Source: Octopus sinensis
Lineage: Eukaryota
NCBI RefSeq assembly: GCF_006345805.1
Contig: NC_043007.1
Coordinates: forward strand, 57,288,001 to 57,352,000
Reading direction: 5' to 3'
DNA length: 64,000 nucleotides
Under the pieces are notes generated by a model, which had not been told where the DNA came from, searched no databases, and worked only from the letters and a program-made list of their open reading frames with translations. Position 1 is the stretch's first letter, and every line of letters starts with the position of its first letter. Made by a program: the position numbers and the translations under genes. Positions 12,456-25,499 of the stretch are shown here, piece after piece.

Positions 12456-12717
12456 CAGTGGTTCTCAACCATATTTTACCTATGGATCCCTTTCAATACT
12501 ATTTTATTGTAATGGACCCCCATAATCAGTCGATGGTTCCTATTTTGTTCGTCATACATTAACTTGTGTAGTTTAAACTATGTAAGACAGTAGACCAAGA
12601 AATCTAAGTGTTTCATGGACCCTTAATGTACTTCACTGTGTCCCCAAATTACTATTTCGCTTGTATGAACCCTCTCCCCACCACTTATCTTATATGGACC
12701 CCGGTTGAGAACCACTG
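12456..12717. mobile_element. hAT (Charlie/Ac-type) MITE, 262 bp
   Basis: 15-bp TIRs cagtggttctcaacc/ggttgagaaccactg; 8-bp TSD atctaact/atctaaca (7/8); repeated internal atggaccc motifs. Confidence 0.9.
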
Positions 12718-13499
12718 ATCTAACATGTCCTTTCTTTCTTAAAGGACATTAGAGCTGCTTTGAGGAAAGATTAGTTGCTATCTCTAGCAGTTTGTGCGAC
12801 TCTATCGACAGGGACTCCCTCGTTGGCTTTTGGTATTTCGTAATTGCTGTTTTTGTTTTTTATTGTCTTCTATTAAATGATTCATATCAAATGCTACATT
12901 TACTTTCCCGAATGTCCACACTACAGTCTAGTGTTTTGAGTAAACATGACATTTGATCTTTTTACAAAACGCACAACTTTTAATACAGTTGTGACGATGG
13001 CGATGATGGAGATAACGGTGATGGCGATGATGGCAATGGCGGTGACGGCGGTGGGTGTGAGACAGATGACATTCGGTCGATTAGCCAAAGGCTGAATTCA
13101 TTGATATAGATGGATTGGTATGCGTTGGTCAGATTTCACCAGCTCATCGATCACATGACTTATCTCCATTACACATGTCAACTAAAACGCGCATGTTCAA
13201 ATCCTCAGCATGGTTTTTGTTTGCGTTTCTAAATAGGACACTTAATTTTATGTTGCCACGGTTTGTCTGGATGCGGGAGAACTGATCCCATAGTTTGCTT
13301 TGAAAATTTACTGATAGCAACCTAGTCTGGCAAGTGGTGTCACATCTCAAGGCTCAGGATTTAGGAGTGGTTAACTATTATCCGTTCCTCATCTTCAATG
13401 AAAAAAAATCAGCATATACATATCTACATATATGCATACATACATATATTTAGGGTTGTGTGTGTGTGTATATATATATATATATGTATTTATATATTC

Positions 13500-13800
13500 T
13501 TTTATTTTTTTACTTGTTTTAGTCATTTCACTGCGGTCATGCTGGGGCACTGCCTTAAAGAGTCTTAGTTGAAGAAATCGACTCCAGGATTTATTCTTTG
13601 TAAGCCTAGTACTTATATTATCGGTCTTTTTACCGAACCTCTATAAGTTACGGAGACATAAACACACCTGCATCGGTTCTCAAGTGATGGCGGGAGTACA
13701 AACATATACATACACAGACACATATATATAATACATAAACATATAAATAGGCTTCTTTCAGCTTCAATCTACCAAATCCATTCACGGGGCTTTGGTCAGA
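13500..13800 (-). mobile_element. SINE family 2, 5'-truncated
   Basis: Reverse complement of the family-2 right half, internal microsatellite and part of the left half. Confidence 0.8.
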
Positions 13801-13806
13801 CGGATA

Positions 13807-13920
13807 GAGTAACAGTTTGTGAAAATTTTCTCAGCTTTAACAAAAAGTATATTACTCTACTTTTAGTATTCGAGTACTACTTTTTACACCTTGTTTTGCA
13901 TTTATGTGCTTACTTCTGTA
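13807..13920 (+). mobile_element. Pseudo-LTR unit of the U4C-HHR family, truncated at the ribozyme
   Basis: gagtaacag...tattactctac...gagtact...caccttgttt..catttatgtgcttact aligns with the reverse complement of 36061-36175. Confidence 0.7.
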
Positions 13921-13977
13921 TGTACACACGCATCCACACACACACACACACACACACACACCACACACACACACACA

Positions 13978-14110
13978 CAATCGACCCCAGTACTTATTAT
14001 TTTAAGCGTGATAGTTATTTTATCGATCTCTTTTGCCGAACGTTACAGCGTCGTAAACACACCAGTGTTTGTCAAGTGGTGGTGGGGGACAATCACAAAT
14101 TCAAAGACAC
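13978..14110 (-). mobile_element. SINE family 2, right-half fragment
   Basis: tcgaccccagtactt...tttgccgaac...gtaaacacacc...tcaag...ggggacaa. Confidence 0.7.
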
Positions 14111-15189
14111 ACACACATAGATATATACCTACATATATACGACTTCTAACATATCTCATAATATATATGTGTGTGTATGTGTGTGTGTATATATGTATGA
14201 GCCTGTACATGGTGCTTTTTAGACAGGGCTAGTGCATAAATATCTGCACCAATTCTATATTATCCTGCTAATGGAGGCATATTGACCTAATAAGCTACAA
14301 TACTCTTAGTATCAACTTAAGAAGTCGTGATCGACTATGAATTGTGACACTTAAGTACTTCTTTCGACCTCTCCTCATTGCAAGAATCTGGCTGTTATAT
14401 ATGAATATCATGGGGTGCCCACACATCGCGATTCCTCTCATAGTCTCATTAGTACAGAATAAAAGAGAGCCAAATAAGCACAGCATTAGACACTAGTGCG
14501 TCTGGACCAACTGCCTGAAGGAAGACAAAGAATCGCTCCGTCCGCTCTAGGATATCCACACCGGATTTTCTGTCTTAACCTTTGCCATTTACAAACCAGC
14601 AACAACTATATACTGTGTAAATAACAGTAAAACTGGAAGGAACACATATCTGCTGTAACATTCATCACCACCGTGTTTAGTTCGAGGTCAGCATGTTTTG
14701 AGGCGGGCTGCTAACTTGACCTTTACAACTGGTCACGTGTAACGGTCCACGTGGCCACATTCTGGACAGATCCGGAATAAAAGACATATCTCTTTAAAGC
14801 CCTTTCCCATCCAGTCTTTTATCTCTATCTCTTTCTCCTTTTTGTTTTAAACATCCACTTTATAATATTAATATTGATTTTCGTGGAGGTTTTTCATTGT
14901 TGTACATATTGCCGTTTCACCTCCATCTGGCAGCCATTATTGTTGCTGTTGTTATTTTTAATGTTGTTCTACTTACAGGGAAGTGTCATTGTTTATGTTG
15001 CTGCCTCTGCCACTGTAGTTCTAATGATTGTTGTAACAGTTGTTTCTTTCCTGTTTTATTGCTAAATGTTATCATTATTGTTGTTGTTTCTCTTGCGTTG
15101 TTGTCGTCGTTATATTACAACTGATGTTGTTGTTACTGTTGCTGTCACCGTTCCTGATGATCTTAATGTTATTATCACATTTATTCAAA

Positions 15190-15378
15190 GGCAGCGAACT
15201 AGCAGAATCGTTAGAATGCTTGGAGAAAGGGTTTGTGGTGTTTGTTCCAGCTCTCTACATTCTGAGTTCAATCCAGTCGAAGTCAACATTGTTTTTCACT
15301 CTTTCGACTTCAGTAACAAAATACCTGGTTAAACCCCTCCCCTCAAAATTGTTGGCCCTCTGCCTAAGTCAGAAACCA
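15190..15378 (+). mobile_element. SINE family 1, old copy
   Basis: tagcagaatcgttag...ttctgagttcaa...ttggccctctgcc...gaaacca. Confidence 0.7.
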
Positions 15379-15491
15379 TTGTTATATTTGTTCATGACAT
15401 TGTAGCCGAATGTAGTCATTAACATTGAATCTCACAATGTAACTAAATCCCTCCGTGAATTGAGTCCGTTTAATGGTTTCCAGTTTTGCTT

Positions 15492-15666
15492 CCACCGGTA
15501 CAAGGCCAGCAATTTCAGGGGCGGGGATAAGTCGATTTCATCGGCCCCATTACTCAACTGATACTTATTTATCAACCCCAAAAGGATGAAAGGCAGAGTC
15601 GACCTCAAAAGAATTTGAACTCTGAACGTAAAGACGGACGAAATACCACTAAGCATTTCGCCGCCT
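15492..15666 (-). mobile_element. SINE family 1
   Basis: caaggccagcaattt...ggatgaaaggcagagtcgacc...gaatttgaactc...gcatttcgccgcc. Confidence 0.8.
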
Positions 15667-15711
15667 TCATAACTCGTAATATCTAACTATTATCGCTTTT
15701 TTTAATGTTAC

Positions 15712-16595
15712 TAAGTGAATGTGTGTGTGTGTGTGCGCGTGTGGGCGGGTATGTATGTATGTATACATGTATGTGTATCGAGAGAAGTGAGTGTTAAACA
15801 TCAAATTTATGATCACTTTGTTATGTCGAAGAACACTCTCGTCACAGACACACACAAACAGACACATACACACACACACATACTGCTGAGTCGTACTCTT
15901 TGGATAGTAATGGAATGACATTATCTTTTGTTAGCGGGTTTGATCGTCGCGGGAGGGTCGTCTTTGAAGTACTCATGGAAGAATCCGAGACTGTCAGCAA
16001 GTTCAAACTTTGTATTGCTGTAGGATGGTGGATAAAGTAGAGTTTCTCTATGAAGCAGAAGTCGTAGGAATTTGGTATGTTCGTAATCGTCACGAGACAT
16101 TCAAAGCATTCAAAGCACATTTAGAAATCAAGTGCCAAAGAAGACATCGGGAGCATCTCAAGGGCAGTATTTGGCAGAACACATCCATTTCAGAATGATT
16201 AAACTCCTCTGACCTCGGTCTAATAAAGAAAGGCCACACCATCACCCCCATCCTTCCTCAATCTTATATAAAATGAACTAATTTCGATTTATTATTAACA
16301 CATAACCAAATTCGTATAGGAAAATTTTTAAAAGCTCTGTTCCAAGGCAGACTATTCGTACGTCTTATACCAACTGATATCATTTTATAACCTGCCAAAA
16401 TGCTGATATGTGCGACTGCACCGAAAGAAGCCATGGTTATATGATGTATATTCCCTTTATACACACCTCAGTATAAAGTTATAAAGTTATACAGAGAATT
16501 TTTTTGCTGCTGTGCCTCAAGAAAGAAAACTATACATACATTATATATTATGTGTGTGTTTGACTTGCACGTGTGTATGTGTGTCTGTATTATTA

Positions 16596-16640
<45 letters not shown>

Positions 16641-17581
16641 ATATATACATATATATATAGATGTGTATGTATGAGTGCGTGCGTGCGTGTGTGTGTGTGA
16701 GTGTGTGTGTGTGTGTGTGTGCGCGTGTGGGCGGGTATGTATGTATGTATACATGTATGTGTATCGAGAGAAGTGAGTGTTAAACATCAAATTTATGATC
16801 ACTTTGTTATGTCGAAGAACACTCTCGTCACAGACACACACAAACAGACACATACACACACACACATACTGCTGAGTCGTACTCTTTGGATAGTAATGGA
16901 ATGACATTATCTTTTGTTAGCGGGTTTGATCGTCGCGGGAGGGTCGTCTTTGAAGTACTCATGGAAGAATCCGAGACTGTCAGCAAGTTCAAACTTTGTA
17001 TTGCTGTAGGATGGTGGATAAGTAGAGTTTCTCTATGAAGCAGAAGTCGTAGGAATTTGGTATGTTCGTAATCGTCACGAGACATTCAAAGCATTCAAAG
17101 CACATTTAGAAATCAAGTGCCAAAGAAGACATCGGGAGCATCTCAAGGGCAGTATTTGGCAGAACACATCCATTTCAGAAATGATTAAACTCCTCTGACC
17201 TCGGTCTAATAAAGAAAGGCCACACCATCACCCCCATCCTTCCTCAATCTTATATAAAATGAACTAATTTCGATTTATTATTAACACATAACCAAATTCG
17301 TATAGGAAAATTTTTAAAAGCTCTGTTCCAAGGCAGACTATTCGTACGTCTTATACCAACTGATATCATTTTATAACCTGCCAAAATGCTGATATGTGCG
17401 ACTGCACCGAAAGAAGCCATGGTTATATGATGTATATTCCCTTTATACACACCTCAGTATAAAGTTATAAAGTTATACAGAGAATTTTTTTGCTGCTGTG
17501 CCTCAAGAAAGAAAACTATACATACATTATATATTATGTGTGTGTTTGACTTGCACGTGTGTATGTGTGTCTGTATTATTA

Positions 17582-17651
<70 letters not shown>

Positions 17652-17710
17652 TGTGTATGTATGAGTGCGTGCGTGCGTGTGTGTGTGTGAGTGTGTGTGT
17701 GTGTGTGTGT
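15712..17710. repeat. Near-perfect tandem duplication, unit about 986 bp
   Basis: gcgcgtgtgggcgggtatg recurs at about 15735 and 16721; copies differ by single-base indels; boundaries fall in (GT)n. Confidence 0.95.
15880..16230 (+). mobile_element. L1/Tx1-like LINE 3' remnant (second copy about 16866-17215)
   Basis: ..KLCIAVGWW..LYEAEVVG....FKAHLEIKCQRRHREHL...W resembles Tx1 ORF2 C-termini; weak by-eye match. Confidence 0.45.
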
Positions 17711-17944
17711 ACCTGTATCCTATACTAATCAGATCCTTTAATTTCTAAATCTCTACGGCTATATACCTTGATACGAGCAACATGTCTGATTGTAATATTC
17801 CAAAGAATGACAATCCCTCGGACACAGTCAAATATTCTTCTATTGCGAGACAACCCGTAACAATGCTGTTCTCAAACATCTCTTTTTCCTCTTTCTCTCC
17901 CTCCCTCTCCTCCTCCTAGTCTCTCTCTCTCTCTTTCCTCAGTG

Positions 17945-18215
17945 TCCACTCGTGTGGCTTCTGTCCAGCTTGACGTACTGAGAACAACACTTTTCCACTT
18001 GTGAGTTCTTGCTTTAGAGAAATTCAGCAAAAGCTATGTTGTTATCTTAGATATCAGCAAACCTTCGCGTCAATTGGTTTAACTCATCTTATTTCTTGCA
18101 TCTGTTAGATCGCACCATTTCCACTTGCGTCGATGACGCTCTCTCTGCCTCTCTTTCAGTCAACTCTGGAATACTTAGCGTTCCTTTTTTTGCCCCTTAC
18201 TCTTTTCCTTTTATG
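17945..18215 (+). mobile_element. CR1/Jockey-like RT remnant
   Basis: YVVILDISKPF (LDISKAF) and SVNSGIL (INSGVPQG) motifs. Confidence 0.6.
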
Positions 18216-18437
18216 CATCTATGACTCACTTGTCGCCACATTGAACAACACCCACTCATATTGAAATAACATAACTTTCCTCCCCCCACTAATTTTCCCA
18301 AACAATTTATCACCCATATCCAACCAAGACAACATCTACCAAACCTGAATCAATACTAAGAAAACACCATTTCACACTATTTCTCTCTAAACTCAATTGA
18401 AGCCTTCGCACTTATTACAAATACTGGATCTCATCAT

Positions 18438-18630
18438 TGGTTTCAAATTTTGGCACAAACCAGCAATTTGGGTGGGTGGGGTAAGTCCCCAGTGCTCAAC
18501 TAGTACTTATTTTATCGACCCGGAAGGGATGAAAGAGAAAGTAGACCTGGACGGAATTTGAACTTAAAGCGGACGAAATGTCGCTAAGCATTTTGCTCGG
18601 CGTGTTAACAATTCTGCCGGCTCGCCGCCT
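18438..18630 (-). mobile_element. SINE family 1, near full length
   Basis: tggtttcaaattttggcaca...ggatgaaag...gaatttgaact...ctgccggctcgccgcc. Confidence 0.85.
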
Positions 18631-18857
18631 TATTGAGCCTCATTATTGCTGAAGATCACTTCTGGTAAAAAAAAAAAAAAGAAGTCCATCCTCAACATTG
18701 ATCGGAGTACATCATAATGAGTCTTCACTTGCAGAAAATAGTTCAGCTCCAAACAGCTGCTGAAACAACTACAATGCTTAAGTGAGGTCTATAACAGAGT
18801 AATGTTCTTACATCTAGTCATATTTTACTACAACACACACGCACACACACACACACA

Positions 18858-18923
<66 letters not shown>

Positions 18924-19019
18924 CCGAGTGGTCCACAGATGGACCACTCGGCTGATTGACGTTCACTCACTAACAGACACGTTCCAGTCTCTTTCTCCTC
19001 TGTCTTTTCTATAGTTACT

Positions 19020-19235
19020 ATAATGGCGCTTGCTTCTCCAAAGTTCCTGGTTTCGTATCTTCACTTTTCATGCTCCCCGCAATCCTCTCGGTTCTCTATC
19101 TATCCTCACAATTATTGCATCAAGCCTCTCTTCTCTTCTTGCACTAACCAATATCCCCAGTCCTTCCTTTCCAGAACATCAACCCTAACATCTTTTTGCT
19201 CAAATCTTTCCGGCAGGAGTTGATCTCACCAGTCT
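19020..19235 (+). mobile_element. CR1-like LINE 3' fragment
   Basis: S.R.S..PHNY...TNQYPQSFLSRT resembles the C-terminus seen at 745-1320. Confidence 0.45.
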
Positions 19236-19464
19236 CTGAGGTCAGACAAAGGTCAGGGATTCTTCCCTTTCCTCCAGACTCAATAAGAAATATGTGTATG
19301 TGCGTGTGTAAGAGAGAGAGAGGGGACGGGAGAGAGAAAGAGAGAGAGGGGGGACGGGAGAGAGAAAGAGAGAGAGAGGATGGCAGAGAGAAAGAGAGAG
19401 AGAGAGGGGGCAAGGCTGCGTCTGTCTGTGAGAGTGAGTGTAGGTACGTATGCATGTATGTGTC

Positions 19465-19762
19465 GAGGGCGAATGGCCTAGTGGTGGGGATGTTGCACTC
19501 ACTTTTACGAAATCATGGTTTCAATTCTTGGACCGCATAGTGCGTTGCATTCTCGAGCAGAACACTTCATTTCACATTGCTCTGCGACCACTTCGACACC
19601 TGACGTGTGGCACACCATCCATTTGTACATGTAGTGCTGATTTGATGGAGGGATTGAACGAATGTGCAGCACAAGCATTTGATCACTACAAATCATTTGT
19701 GCGGTTTTCACTGCATAAAAATCGTAGAACCTCAGACTATGAAAGAGTACCATCATCACCGT
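19465..19762 (+). mobile_element. tRNA-derived SINE family 3 (Meta-domain-like core)
   Basis: A box tggcctagtgg, B box ggtttcaattc, then ctcgagcagaacacttcatttcacattgctc; second copy at 55515-55726. Confidence 0.75.
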
Positions 19763-20083
19763 CGTGTATGTTTGTATGTATGTATGTATGTATGTATGTA
19801 TGTGTGTATGTATGTATGTATGTATGTATGTATGTATGTATGTATGTATGTATGTATGTATGTATGCATGTCATTATTCAGTTTTATATCAAGAAAAAGA
19901 GCCGGTTTCTAACCTAGATCTAAGGCTCCTTCATTGGAATTTCAACAATATCAACAGGGTACTTCTGCAAGTACGAGTATTTAGAGTCAGTTCATGTGCA
20001 GATTTGTATGTTTTGTTTTATGTATGTATTCTCATGTATATAGTTGCTTGTCTACACAAGTTAGACATGGCCTGGTCCCATAC

Positions 20084-20125
<42 letters not shown>

Positions 20126-20161
20126 ATATATACACACATATATATATATACATATATATAT

Positions 20162-20240
<79 letters not shown>

Positions 20241-20426
20241 GTTAGGTACAAAAACTTCAGGGTGAATACTTGATAACTGTAAGCACCTGTATATGCCAGT
20301 TAGTGGTGTAGGTGATGTATGTCAAACATGACATACATGTTACATCAATTATGCATTGATATAAACTGTCCAATAAAGCCAGAAACATATGTACTGCTAA
20401 ATCCTTTGCATCCTGTTTTTCTTTTG

Positions 20427-20466
<40 letters not shown>

Positions 20467-20470
20467 TATA

Positions 20471-20507
<37 letters not shown>

Positions 20508-20520
20508 GTTGTTATTATTA

Positions 20521-20559
<39 letters not shown>

Positions 20560-20599
20560 TATTATTATTATTATTATTATATTATTATTATTATTATTA

Positions 20600-21064
20600 T
20601 AATACATTCAGTAGTTTTATTTTTATAGCGTGCTTTCACTTCACTACCGAGCGCAGCTCTATGTGCCTTAGGTATGTGCTGTGATTTGTTGTGATGCTCT
20701 GATGGTTATCGTATGGAAAGTGTTCTGCGTAGGATGTGTGCAGTGCCTAGTAGTGCAATTTTCTGTATTTATATGTGTTTGTAAGTCTGGTGTTTTTGTT
20801 ATGTATTTGTCTGAATATTTTTTTATCATGCCTAATGCACCTTACTATGATAGGAATTGTTTCTGTTTTTAGATTCCACATTGTGGTTACTTCTATTTCC
20901 AGGTTTGTATTTGAGAGTTTCTCCATTTCTTTTAGAGACACGTTGTCATCTGCCGGTATTGATACATCAATTAGAAAGCATTTGTTTCTTCATGATCTCT
21001 GACAACTATATCTGGTCTGTTGGCCTTAATTTCTCTATCTGTGTGTATCGGCATATCCCAGAGT
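20600..21064 (-). mobile_element. Third R4/Dong-like fragment inside (ATT)n
   Basis: RPDIVV..H...CFLIDVSIPADDNVSLKEMEKLS...LEIEVTTMWNLKTETIPII; (TTA)n on both sides. Confidence 0.85.
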
Positions 21065-21084
21065 TATTATTATTATTATTATTA

Positions 21085-21149
<65 letters not shown>

Positions 21150-21395
21150 CATAATTATATACATAATTATAAAAATGGGAGTGGCTATAGGCCTCTGAAC
21201 GCGCTAGAAATAAACGCCAAAAGATGCTAATACCACCTAAAAATACTCCCAAAAATAAACACTGGCTGTAGTCGAGCTTATAGCCAATATCTTGTATAAT
21301 TATGTATATAATTATTATAATATTTGTAAAATTCACCTATAAGGGTTTTATTTCCGTACTGACCCCTTGGTAAAATAATTAATGATTTTTATCCT

Positions 21396-21465
<70 letters not shown>

Positions 21466-21469
21466 ATAG

Positions 21470-21522
21470 ATAGATGATAGATAGATAGATAGACATACAG
21501 ACAGAGAGACAGACAGACAGAC

Positions 21523-21602
<80 letters not shown>

Positions 21603-21615
21603 TGATAGATAGATA
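21470..21615. repeat. (GATA)n/(GACA)n microsatellite following (TA)n
   Basis: Directly visible. Confidence 0.95.
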
Positions 21616-21649
21616 AAAATATTGTTTCAGGTAATATTATCAACATTTT

Positions 21650-22223
21650 ACATAAAGATTTGCATATGTCTTTTGTCCGGGTGTCTATTTTTTCGAACGT
21701 CTATAACAGGTTTGTAAACAAACATGGCGTCGAAAGCAAAACATGAAAACAGCTGTTGTGAGCAAAAAGGACATGACAAAACAGCTCAATATGTGACGTA
21801 AAACAGTGTTCAATACCTGGAGATCATATATTGTGTCTGCTACCACCTCTAGCAAGTCACATCTTCACTCAAGACACGGAGGTGGTACAAAGAGCATTTC
21901 AGCGGTTTTGGGGGCAAGTCGAATTGGCTTCCCCGAAGTCCAGATATCAATGTCATGAACTTTGCTATCTTGTCCATCATAAAGAGTTACGTTTCTGCTC
22001 GCTCCTATTCAAATGTGTCAGATTTGAAGAAAGCCTTTTTCTATCTTCATGAGTCAAGTTGGCTGAAGAGGTGGTACGGCGCACATGCAATACAGTGAAA
22101 GGCGGTTATTTTGTAATGTAATTACTGCAATGGATTGACAATTGACATTAGAACGTGTGTACTAAATTTCATTGTCCTACCTTAAGTTTATTTTGAATAA
22201 TTAAGAAATATCAGTGGGTAAAT

Positions 22224-22230
<7 letters not shown>
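21650..22230 (+). mobile_element. Tc1/mariner-superfamily fossil, internally deleted
   Basis: HIFTQD and NWLPRSPDINVMNFAILSII (WPP.SPDLNP.D motif), SNVSDLKKA, EEVVRRTC. Confidence 0.65.
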
Positions 22231-22270
<40 letters not shown>

Positions 22271-22274
22271 CATA

Positions 22275-22442
22275 CACGACGGGCTTTGTTCAGTTTCTGT
22301 CAACCAAATCCACCCACAAGGCTTTGGTCGGCCCAAGGTTATAGAAGAAGACACTTGCCTAAGGTGCCACGTAGTGATACTGAACCTGGAACCATGTGGT
22401 TGGGAAGCAAGCTTCTTTCCACACAGTCATGCCTGCGCCTAT
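22275..22442 (-). mobile_element. SINE family 2, left half
   Basis: Reverse complement of ggcgcaggcatgactgtgtgg...ggttcagt...gaaactgaa. Confidence 0.85.
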
Positions 22443-23283
22443 AAATACAAAGATAATGCAAAACTACACGCATTCACGACCACTATGAGTGTATATATAT
22501 ATTCACATATCGGGCTGTCAGTTTGTGGGCTTACATTCTTAGTAATTCGCTTTCTGTCTGTGTATTGCAGTTTTAATTCACCTATTTCATAACATCCCCT
22601 CGCAGATACTCCATTTAGACGTTAACCAGTCCTCGGACCATATTCTCTTCCAATTCATTTCCTTTATGCTGTCTTTCCATTGCTCCGTCTCTTTTATCCC
22701 CTCCTTCTCATTCATATCCAGCTGGTTATAAATTCATTGCCATATTGTCTTGTACGTGTTAGGGAAATAAAGTCACGCTGTGACCCCTGTTCCCCACTAC
22801 TCCCCTAACTCCATCAAATGTTATCTCCTTCTCTCTTTATCTGTCGCCCCCCTCTCACTCTCTCATCCTCTGTCTCCTCTATTTCTATCTGTGCTCTACA
22901 TACACCCCATCAGATCTCTGACGTACCCTTTCTACGACCTTCACCTTGCCATTAACCACTGAACTGGCGCCTCCGACACCGTTTCCATCAAACACACCCA
23001 CCATTTCACACTGAATATATGAATACACACACGTGTTCATGCGACCACACACATGCACACACACAACACACATTAATTAATAGACATGCATACACTCACA
23101 CCCAAACACACAGGCATAGACACAGTCGTTAACAGAGATATAAGCACATACGAAGTGAAATGGCATCAAGTCGGTGTGAGAACCGCGTTACTCGTTTATG
23201 CATTCGGTGTGTGGCACAGACACTCGGTTAATAACAGAACTCACGACCAAGCTCACTACCCAATTATAATAATAATAATAATA

Positions 23284-23328
<45 letters not shown>

Positions 23329-23339
23329 TAATAATAATA

Positions 23340-23522
23340 ATCCTTTCTATTAAAGGCACAAGGCCTGGAATTTGGGAGAGGGGACTAGTCGATTACATCG
23401 ACCCTAGTGTTTCGCTGATACGTAATTTATCGATCCCGAAAAGATGAAAGGTACAGTCGAAAACGGCGGAATTTGAGTCAGAACGTGAAATGTTGCTAAG
23501 CATTTTGCCCAGCTCACCGCCC
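23340..23522 (-). mobile_element. SINE family 1 within (AAT)n; short second 3' fragment at about 23578-23620
   Basis: ggcacaaggcctggaattt...gatgaaagg...gaatttgag...gctcaccgcc. Confidence 0.8.
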
Positions 23523-23575
<53 letters not shown>

Positions 23576-23904
23576 TCTTTCTACTATAGGCACGAGGCCT
23601 GAAATTTTGGGGGAGGGTACCAAATCCATCTCCAACTATTTGGTCGGCCCGAAGTTATAGCTCTTTGTGTCTTTTATTGGAGTCGTATGTGTTGAACGCA
23701 TTCAGCCCTTGACTCTCCCTCTCACCATACTCGGAGGCCTTGTGAAGTGCACTCCTCTTCCAACCTCACTAAATGTATGTGTGTATATACATATATATAT
23801 AGTTGAAATTTATAGAAAGACAAAAGACGAACAAGCAAGTGCATTAGTCTGAAAGATGAACAAGCAAGTGCATTAGTTTGACGCTCAGGAAAAATGAAAA
23901 AGTA

Positions 23905-23938
23905 TTTTACGTTTCGAGCCTACGCTCTTCAACAGAAA
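23905..23938 (-). ncRNA. Minimal HHR with one core change (A6U) in a solo unit at about 23808-23965
   Basis: ttt CTGTTGA a GAGC gtag GCTC GAAAC GT A aaa. Confidence 0.65.
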
Positions 23939-24349
23939 GGAATAAGAGAAAAAATAAACAGAGAGAGAGAGAATGAATGAGAGATAATAATAAAAAAAAG
24001 TTAAATAAAAGGGAGATAATAAAGCGCTATTGATTCCAACAAGAGAAGGTGCGCGTGCGTATGTGTGTAAGTGAGAATGGCGTGTGTGAGTATGTGTGTG
24101 TGTGTGAATACGGGCGAGTGACTCCGACGTATGTGTGTGCGTGTGTAACATGTATGTGTGTGTGTTGCAGTTGCTGTGTGCCTTTTCACGTGGTGTGTGC
24201 ACATGTGTGTGTGTGAGAGTTTGTGTTAGTGACCAAACTGTGCATGCATATGTGGAGGAAAATTATCTTTGGCTGTGTATGTTGTGTTAATGCGTGTTGT
24301 GTTAATGCGTGTTGCGTATGTATGTATATATAACCTGTGTGTATGTATG

Positions 24350-24401
<52 letters not shown>

Positions 24402-24433
24402 CACACCCAGACACAGACACATATATATGTATA

Positions 24434-24787
24434 GGCGCAGGAGTGGCTGTGTGGTAAGTAGCTTGCTAACCAACCACATGGTTCCGGGTTCAGTCCCACT
24501 GCGTGGCATCTTGGGCAAGTGTCTTCTGCTATAGCCCCGGGCCAACCAATACCTTGTGAGTGGATTTGGTAGACGGAAACTGAAAGAAGCCTGTCGTATA
24601 TATGTATGTGTGTGTGTGTGTGTGTGTTTGTGTGTCTGTGTTTGTCCCCCTAGCATTGCTTGACAACCGATAGAATAAGTACTGGGCTTACAAAGAATAA
24701 GTCCCGCGGTCGATTTTCTCGACTAAAGGCGGTGCTCCAGCATAGCCGCAGTCAAATGACTGAAACAAGTAAAAGAGTAAAAGAGAG
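24434..24787 (+). mobile_element. SINE family 2 with an internal deletion in the right half
   Basis: tRNA head (A box tggctgtgtggt, B box ggttcagtccc), cttgggcaagtgtcttc core, internal (TA)(TG)n, tail gactgaaacaagtaaaagag; lacks the gctggtgtg...gagaccgat segment of the 29422 copy. Confidence 0.9.
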
Positions 24788-25499
24788 TAAGAGAGAAAGT
24801 CCGTCGTATATATACATATATATGTGCATAAGTGTGTATGAATGTTTGTTTATTTGTTTTCCAACTCTGCTTGACAACCGGTTTGGATGTGTTTACGTTC
24901 CCGTAAGTTAGCGGTTCGACATACGAGACCGATACAATAAAATTTACATGTACCATATACATGTATCAGACGCACACGCGCGCACACAGACACACATATG
25001 TGGAAATTGGATATTGTAATAGTGACGCCTTTCTCTAGATTCCTTTGAGGGGGGGGGGCATAAAAACATACAACATACGTGCTTCATACTAGATTCGAAA
25101 CTGAAGACATGGAAGAACCTAAAACAACACCCAGTCCGTATTCATATCTTTAATATGCCAAGCACAAAACAATGAAAATAAATACACATAAAAGAACACC
25201 AACAACTAACTACAATAGCAATAACAACAGCAACAACGACAATCACAACTGTATAAAGAACAACAACAACAATCATAAGTGTATAGACAACAAAAACGAC
25301 ATATCTTCAGTGAGTATCCATTTCTGATTATGTTTATAGGCGATTATGTGGTCCTGCCACCTTGTCATTTGGTTAATTGGATCTTGGTTTATTGCCACCC
25401 ACATACCTCTCACATCCATCTCCAGCCTCGCACAATAACACCAGGCTTTTGCATACAAAGTCCTGCTTTTGCCCTTTCATTTATTGCACACTCATGCAC

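Noticed and set aside
23828-23885. 29-bp tandem repeat as a CRISPR-like array
   Set aside because: Two adjacent copies without spacers inside a repeat unit; eukaryotic context.
24434-24510. tRNA-like A/B boxes as tRNA genes
   Set aside because: They are SINE heads: no full cloverleaf and followed by SINE body.
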